NCBI GenBank assembly: GCA_046759445.1
Contig: JBHICG010000055.1
Location: 1-23,850, forward strand
Length of the DNA stretch: 23,850 bases
Direction: 5' to 3'
Source: Candidatus Scalinduaceae bacterium
Lineage (GTDB): Bacteria > Planctomycetota > Brocadiia > Brocadiales > Scalinduaceae
Of this stretch, positions 19,030 to 23,850 are shown one piece after another. The translations under genes and the position numbers were made by a program. The notes under the pieces were generated by a model. The model was not told the DNA's origin. It worked only from the letters and a program-made list of their open reading frames with translations, and searched no databases. The number at the start of each line of letters is the position of its first letter. Position 1 is the stretch's first letter.

Positions 19030-20445
19030 TTAAGGCGTAAACTTTATATCATATTCCTTGATTTTGTAATACAGAGTTTTATAGTCTATTTTTAATATCC
19101 TTGCAGCTTTACTCTTATTGCCTCCTGTATGTTGCAAGGTGTCTGTTATTACGTACTTTTCGATGTTACTTACACCCTTCTTAACAATATCCTTTAATGA
19201 AAACTCATTGAAAGTACCTTTTTCTCCATTAATTAGATGGCTTATTGGACTATCAAATGAATCAATATTTAATCTTGATTTAATGGTCGGTATATTAACA
19301 GATTCTATCTTATCATCAGCCACCAGCGCAGCCCTTCTAATCACATTCCTTAGTTCCCTTACATTACCCGGCCAATCGTAGTTGTTCATACGTTCTAATG
19401 CAGATTCTGAAAGGCCTTGAACGTTTTTATTTAACTCTAAGTTACACTCATCCAAAAAACGGTTTGCGAGATAAATTATATCCTCCTTGCGGTTTCTCAA
19501 AGGAGGTATTTCTATTGTAAATTCATTTAATCGGTGATAGAGATCTTCTCTAAACTTTTCAGTCTTTACAAGCCTATCAAGTCTGCTATTGCTTGCAACT
19601 ATAACACGTATATCGACTTCTATGGATTCTCTTCCTCCCAATCTCCTTATATTGTGTCCTTCCAGGACACGAAGTAATTTGTTCTGCATTTTCACGGGTA
19701 AATTGCCTATCTCATCCAAAAAGAGCGTACCTTTTGATGCCAATTCAAAATATCCTTCTCTTCTTCCTTCGGCCCCAGTAAATGCTCCCTTTTCGTATCC
19801 GAAAAGTTCACTTTCGATTAATGTTTCAGGTATTGCACCGCAATCAACAGCAATAAATTTGTTCTTCCTTCGTAAACTTTGATTATGAATTGACCTTGCC
19901 ACTAATTCCTTACCCGAGCCAGTCTCACCGTATAAGATAACTGTGAAATTCGTATGTGAAACGCTGTTAACCAGGTTAGCAACTCTTTTTACTTGATTGC
20001 TCGAACCCATTTGTTTAGGGAGTGGGGCTTTATCCTTTAATCTAAGGCGAAGTCTTTTTAATTCGTATTTCAGGCTGTGTTCTTTTAAGGCATTATTAAG
20101 TGTAATGATAATCTTTGCATTATCGAATGGCTTTGTAACATAATCGTATGCACCCGACTTAACTGTCTGGACGGCAGTCTCTATTTCCCCATAAGCCGTT
20201 ATAAGGATAACTGGTATGTCATCCTTAAGCTTTTTTATCCGCTTCATCACCTCTATACCATCCATTTTGGGCATTTTTATGTCCATAATAACGGCGTCAG
20301 GGAGTTCGCTTCTTACAAGTTTAATTGCGGTAAGACCATCTCCAGCAGTTATTGTTTTGTAACCCTCTTTCTTTAAGACCTTTGTAAGTACAATTCTCAT
20401 GTCTTTAATGTCATCGACTATAAGGATTTTGGTATTACTGTGCAT
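19030..20445 (-). CDS. Sigma54-dependent NtrC/AtoC-family response regulator (REC-AAA+-Fis HTH)
   Basis: Receiver, Walker A GETGSGKE, ESELFGYEKGAFTGA, Walker B LFLDEI, FREDLYHRLN, WPGNVREL, HTH GNKSKAARILKI. Confidence 0.97.
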   Translation of the reverse strand: MHSNTKILIVDDIKDMRIVLTKVLKKEGYKTITAGDGLTAIKLVRSELPDAVIMDIKMPKMDGIEVMKRIKKLKDDIPVILITAYGEIETAVQTVKSGAYDYVTKPFDNAKIIITLNNALKEHSLKYELKRLRLRLKDKAPLPKQMGSSNQVKRVANLVNSVSHTNFTVILYGETGSGKELVARSIHNQSLRRKNKFIAVDCGAIPETLIESELFGYEKGAFTGAEGRREGYFELASKGTLFLDEIGNLPVKMQNKLLRVLEGHNIRRLGGRESIEVDIRVIVASNSRLDRLVKTEKFREDLYHRLNEFTIEIPPLRNRKEDIIYLANRFLDECNLELNKNVQGLSESALERMNNYDWPGNVRELRNVIRRAALVADDKIESVNIPTIKSRLNIDSFDSPISHLINGEKGTFNEFSLKDIVKKGVSNIEKYVITDTLQHTGGNKSKAARILKIDYKTLYYKIKEYDIKFTP

Positions 20446-20905
20446 GTGAATATCCTTTCATTCAAAAGTTTTGTGAAAGGAACTTCCCTGAAATGAAGCA
20501 AGCATATGAATGGAGATAATGTTCTTTTAAACGATTCTATAAAAAAATCAAGCATAATATAGGTATATTACCCTATTTTATAATGATACATACCCTAGTT
20601 TAACCTAGACCTCCCGCATATAATACTTCTTTTGAGATATAAATACTAAATACTTTCTGATGAAATTGATGACCCTGAGTTTCTCAACTGGTTATAAAGA
20701 GCTTCAGCGAATTATTGCCATACATTACTTCTGAAAGAATGAATATCAGGATTTACAGGGAAGACGGGTTGTTTGGCGGATAAGATGTGGTTTGGGATAT
20801 GGTAAATTTGAAATTCGGTTTATTGATGAATAGCCAATGGCATACAGATTAGCAATTCCTTGATTATTACAAGATGAATTGTTGATACTGTCAATGAACG
20901 CATTT

Positions 20906-21316
20906 TTAGCAGTATTTCTTCAAGGTTTTTACCTCTTCAACAAAACCATCATAAGAAGCAAACTTAATAAAATAAGCGTTAGCTTTATTATTATACGCTT
21001 CAACAATCGTTTTTTGATCAGAACTTGCAGAGAAAATAATTACGGGGATCGAACGATACTTTGAATTCCCCTTTATAAATTTAAGGACGTCCATCCCATC
21101 AATTTTCGGTAAATTAAGGTCTAATATAACAGCGGAAGGTTGTGATTGCATTTCATACTGAAGATAATCTATGGCCTCCTGGCCATCTTTTTTTACGATA
21201 ACTTCCGTTTTAATGTCTTTTACGTCGTCTTCCTTGAGTACATTGGTGATTACGTCAGCATGGTCTTGATCGTCCTCAATAAGCAGAATTATCTTTTCTT
21301 TCATTGACACATACAC
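20906..21316 (-). CDS. Single-domain response regulator, Rcp1-like
   Basis: ILLIEDD, ILDLNLPKIDGMDVL, IPVIIFSAS, AYNNKANAYFIK. Confidence 0.88.
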   Translation of the reverse strand: MYVSMKEKIILLIEDDQDHADVITNVLKEDDVKDIKTEVIVKKDGQEAIDYLQYEMQSQPSAVILDLNLPKIDGMDVLKFIKGNSKYRSIPVIIFSASSDQKTIVEAYNNKANAYFIKFASYDGFVEEVKTLKKYC

Positions 21317-21476
21317 TGATCCCTTTTATTTACCGGTAACATAAAACAATATCTTGTTCGTCTTATGTACGAAATGGTCCCAGACATACGTAATGGAAGC
21401 TGCAATACATTATCATTATGAAAAGTTATTTGCAAATATATTAATATATTATACATATACTGTAATAAGTAATAAT

Positions 21477-21530
21477 AAAAAAAGCCTTACTGCAAAGATA
21501 GTCATATATCCCACCTTCGGCAGTAAGGCT
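21477..21530 (-). terminator. Intrinsic terminator (probable riboswitch expression platform)
   Basis: Minus strand AGCCTTACTGC-N26-GCAGTAAGGCT followed by a T-run, ~160 nt upstream of the regulator at 21316. Confidence 0.8.
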
Positions 21531-21618
21531 GTCTTTTCTGATACTACTTCCTTGTAAGTCTTAGAGCTTTTACTCCTCTTCTCCGTACATCCCTGGATAC
21601 TAAAAGACCCTTTGCTTT
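21516..21618 (-). ncRNA. c-di-GMP-I (GEMM) riboswitch, 3' half only
   Basis: Minus strand AAAGCAAAGGGUCUUUU...AAAAGACAGCCUUACUGCCGAA fits the GEMM-I 3' pattern (AAAGC...GGUCU...GACAGCC...UGCCGAA). The expected 5' GGCAAA/GAAA-loop/GACGC half is absent and the 306-bp repeat sits in its place. Confidence 0.6.
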
Positions 21619-21619
21619 A

Positions 21620-21925
21620 ATAATTAGGGACAGCGACCGTTTTAATTAACACACTAAAACTTCACAAATCCCTTTTCTGCAAGGTAATTTAATATCGCTC
21701 TCGTTGATTCCTCAACTGACAGCTCTGATGAATCAATCGTTAACTCAGGATCTGAAGGCTCTTCATAAGGCGCTGATATGCCCGTAAATTCCTTCACCTC
21801 ACCTGCAAGCGCCTTTTTATATAGCCCCTTTTGTCACGCTGCTCACATACATCAAGAGGGCATTTTACATAGACCTCTATAAACTCTCCCTCCTTTTAAA
21901 TAAAATAGTCGCTGACCCTAATTTA
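21620..21925. mobile_element. 306-bp repeat copy 2 (L motif, cysC fragment, R motif)
   Basis: Direct repeat of 1721-2026. Confidence 0.7.
21654..21895 (-). pseudogene. cysC: Adenylylsulfate kinase 3' fragment, second copy with the same frameshift
   Basis: Same sequence as 1755-1996. Confidence 0.9.
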
Positions 21926-21938
21926 TTAAAGGTAACAA

Positions 21939-22307
21939 ATGAAATTTGGGAAAATGGAAGGTACACCAGAAGAAATCAAAGACTTCTGCGAAAATAATGG
22001 ATTGAATATATTAGACTACCTAGATAATCAGGAGAAACCATTAGGCCCTTTTCTATTTATTGTACCTTTATGTTTTTATGTGTTATTTATTATTTTACTA
22101 ACAATTATCACAAATATACCGGATAAGTTGCGTACCCTTATATTTCTTTTAGGTTGCGGTTGTTCATTATGGCTTAGCATATATATTCAAATTCATTTTA
22201 AAAATGTATGGGCAATGACCTCTATCATAATTTGTGGTATAGCAATTATGTTAGTAGCATTAGGCACTATTAGCCCACTTGAATTATTAAAACTAATAAA
22301 AAATTAA
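21939..22307 (+). CDS. Small hypothetical membrane protein (about 3 TM segments)
   Basis: 122-aa very AT-rich ORF with three hydrophobic stretches. ATG lies 14 bp after the R motif. Confidence 0.7.
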   Translation: MKFGKMEGTPEEIKDFCENNGLNILDYLDNQEKPLGPFLFIVPLCFYVLFIILLTIITNIPDKLRTLIFLLGCGCSLWLSIYIQIHFKNVWAMTSIIICGIAIMLVALGTISPLELLKLIKN

Positions 22308-22346
22308 AGATAGTATGAAAACGAGGTCACATCTCGCTTTAATGAG

Positions 22347-22370
22347 AATCTGGGGACACCATACTTATTT
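22347..22370 (+). repeat. L-like motif variant AATCTGGGGACACCATACTTATTT
   Basis: Shares the AAT..GGGACA core, an AT-rich tail and the gene-downstream position with the L motif. Confidence 0.45.
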
Positions 22371-22506
22371 CCTCTGTCATAAGAATGTTATGGCTTTTTA
22401 GAAAGTATTGATGCAATCGGTGGGCGGGGACAAATACAACATAATCAAATTGAATAGTAAGACACACCTACCGACAGGCTGATCGTGGCACGGAAATGCA
22501 TAAACA

Positions 22507-23850
22507 TCATTTTTGCACCTCTTCAATAACTTTTGCGCATCTATCACACAGGGTTGGGTATTTATCTATCTTGCCGACTTCTTCGCGGTAGTTCCAGCAT
22601 CTTTCACATTTGTTGCTATCTGCGACTCTTACCTTGATAAGCAGCTTTTCAAAGATTTCCCCCTTGTTTGCTGAATCCAGAGGTTCTGTACTTATGTTTA
22701 CGTCTGAGACAATAAATATCATCGGGAAATCGTTTTCGTATTCCTTCAGGAGCTTAAGCAGTTCGCCATCTTCGGTATAGAGATCAACCACGGCCTCAAG
22801 GGAGTTGCCAATGTGTTTTGAGGCCCTCATCTTTTCCAACTCTCTTGCCACGTCAGTCCTGATCTTGATGATATTGTCCCATTTGTTGTTGAGCTCTTCA
22901 TTTATATATTGTTCATTGGATTCTGGCCAATCAGCCAGATGTACACCCGTATTATTGCCATTATCGTGTTTCGTTTCCGTCCATACCTCTTCTGTCGTAT
23001 ACACAAGGATGGGAGCCAATAGTCTTACCAGAACAGAATTTATCCTGTGAAGTACGGTCTGTGCCGCACGTCTTTCCAGTGATTTTTTTGAGAATGTATA
23101 AAGCCTGTCCTTAAGTATGTCGAAATAAAACGAACTCATCTCAACGACACAAAAATTATGTACATTATGGTAAACGCGATGAAATTGAAAGGATTCAAAT
23201 GCCGATGTTACTGAGGTTATGAGTTCTTCTGTCTTGTGTAGGGCCCATCGGTCAATCTCCCACATCTGTGTGTATTCTACAGTATCTTTAACCGGATCGA
23301 AATCATATAAATTCCCAAGCAGATACCTAAAGGTATTTCTAATACGCCTGTAAGAGTCTGACATTCGCAAAATGATTGAATGTGAAACATTCATTTCATT
23401 TCTGTATTCCATGGAGGCCGTCCATAGTCTTAAGATATCTCCCCCCAAATCCTTCAGGGCATCGCCAACCGATATAAAGTTACCAAGTGATTTAGACATC
23501 TTCTCACCTTTTTCATCAACCACAAAGCCATGCGTCAATACTGTCTTGAAAGGCGCACACCCCCATGCCGCAACAGAAGGCAGAAGTGATAGCTGGAACC
23601 AACCTCTATGCTGGTCGCTTCCTTCAAGATAAACGTCAGCGGGAAAGGTTAATTCTTCACGCTTGTTCAACACTGCGTGATGACTGGAGCCTGATTCGAA
23701 CCATACGTCGAATATGTCATTTTCCTTTTCAAAATCAGTAGAATTGCATTTTGGACATTTAGTACCATTTGGCAGAAATTCCTCAGCATCCTTATAAAAC
23801 CAGCTATCTGCACCATGTTTTAAAAATATATCTCTCACGTGATATATAAC
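22507..23850 (-). CDS. ileS: Isoleucine--tRNA ligase, C-terminal part (5' end outside window)
   Basis: DIFDVWFESGSS, YLEGSDQHRGWFQ, KMSKS, YRRIRNTFRYLLGNL, C-terminal zinc finger KCERCW...CDRC. Confidence 0.98.
   Translation of the reverse strand, partial: VIYHVRDIFLKHGADSWFYKDAEEFLPNGTKCPKCNSTDFEKENDIFDVWFESGSSHHAVLNKREELTFPADVYLEGSDQHRGWFQLSLLPSVAAWGCAPFKTVLTHGFVVDEKGEKMSKSLGNFISVGDALKDLGGDILRLWTASMEYRNEMNVSHSIILRMSDSYRRIRNTFRYLLGNLYDFDPVKDTVEYTQMWEIDRWALHKTEELITSVTSAFESFQFHRVYHNVHNFCVVEMSSFYFDILKDRLYTFSKKSLERRAAQTVLHRINSVLVRLLAPILVYTTEEVWTETKHDNGNNTGVHLADWPESNEQYINEELNNKWDNIIKIRTDVARELEKMRASKHIGNSLEAVVDLYTEDGELLKLLKEYENDFPMIFIVSDVNISTEPLDSANKGEIFEKLLIKVRVADSNKCERCWNYREEVGKIDKYPTLCDRCAKVIEEVQK

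Noticed and set aside
22486..22500. Sigma54 site TGGCACGGAAATGCA
   Set aside because: GG-GC spacing is 9 rather than the required 10, and it faces into the end of ileS.
3322..23632. Numerous plus-strand ORFs antisense to the kinase, receptor, activator and ileS genes
   Set aside because: Shadow ORFs of well-supported minus-strand genes; their duplication only mirrors the DNA repeats.

Overview
An AT-rich bacterial window, probably from an anammox planctomycete such as a Ca. Scalindua/Brocadiia relative (inferred from gene content, not proven). Housekeeping genes lie at both edges: the 3' end of a probable holB on the left and the 3' part of ileS on the right. Between them is a ~19.5-kb minus-strand signalling block with three histidine kinases, three receiver-only proteins, a sigma54 activator, two chemoreceptors, CheW and a bacteriohemerythrin. 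Main observations: (1) The block is bracketed by two near-identical 306-bp repeats (1721-2026, 21620-21925). Each carries a frameshifted cysC 3' fragment between short inverted motifs L (AATTAGGGACAGCGAC) and R (GTCGCTGACCCTAATTT). The same motifs bracket two single accessory genes, giving an R-cargo-L cassette-like array with no recombinase in the window. (2) The right repeat abuts what looks like a c-di-GMP-I riboswitch missing its 5' half. (3) Two kinases share an apparently identical 1145-bp output module and two chemoreceptors share an apparently identical 610-bp signalling module, each pair with unrelated sensor domains. (4) One chemoreceptor has three tandem NarX/PilJ-type nitrate/nitrite motifs and follows a sigma54 site and a riboswitch-like leader. 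(5) An ettA pseudogene has collapsed through two large internal deletions. All alignments were done by eye.
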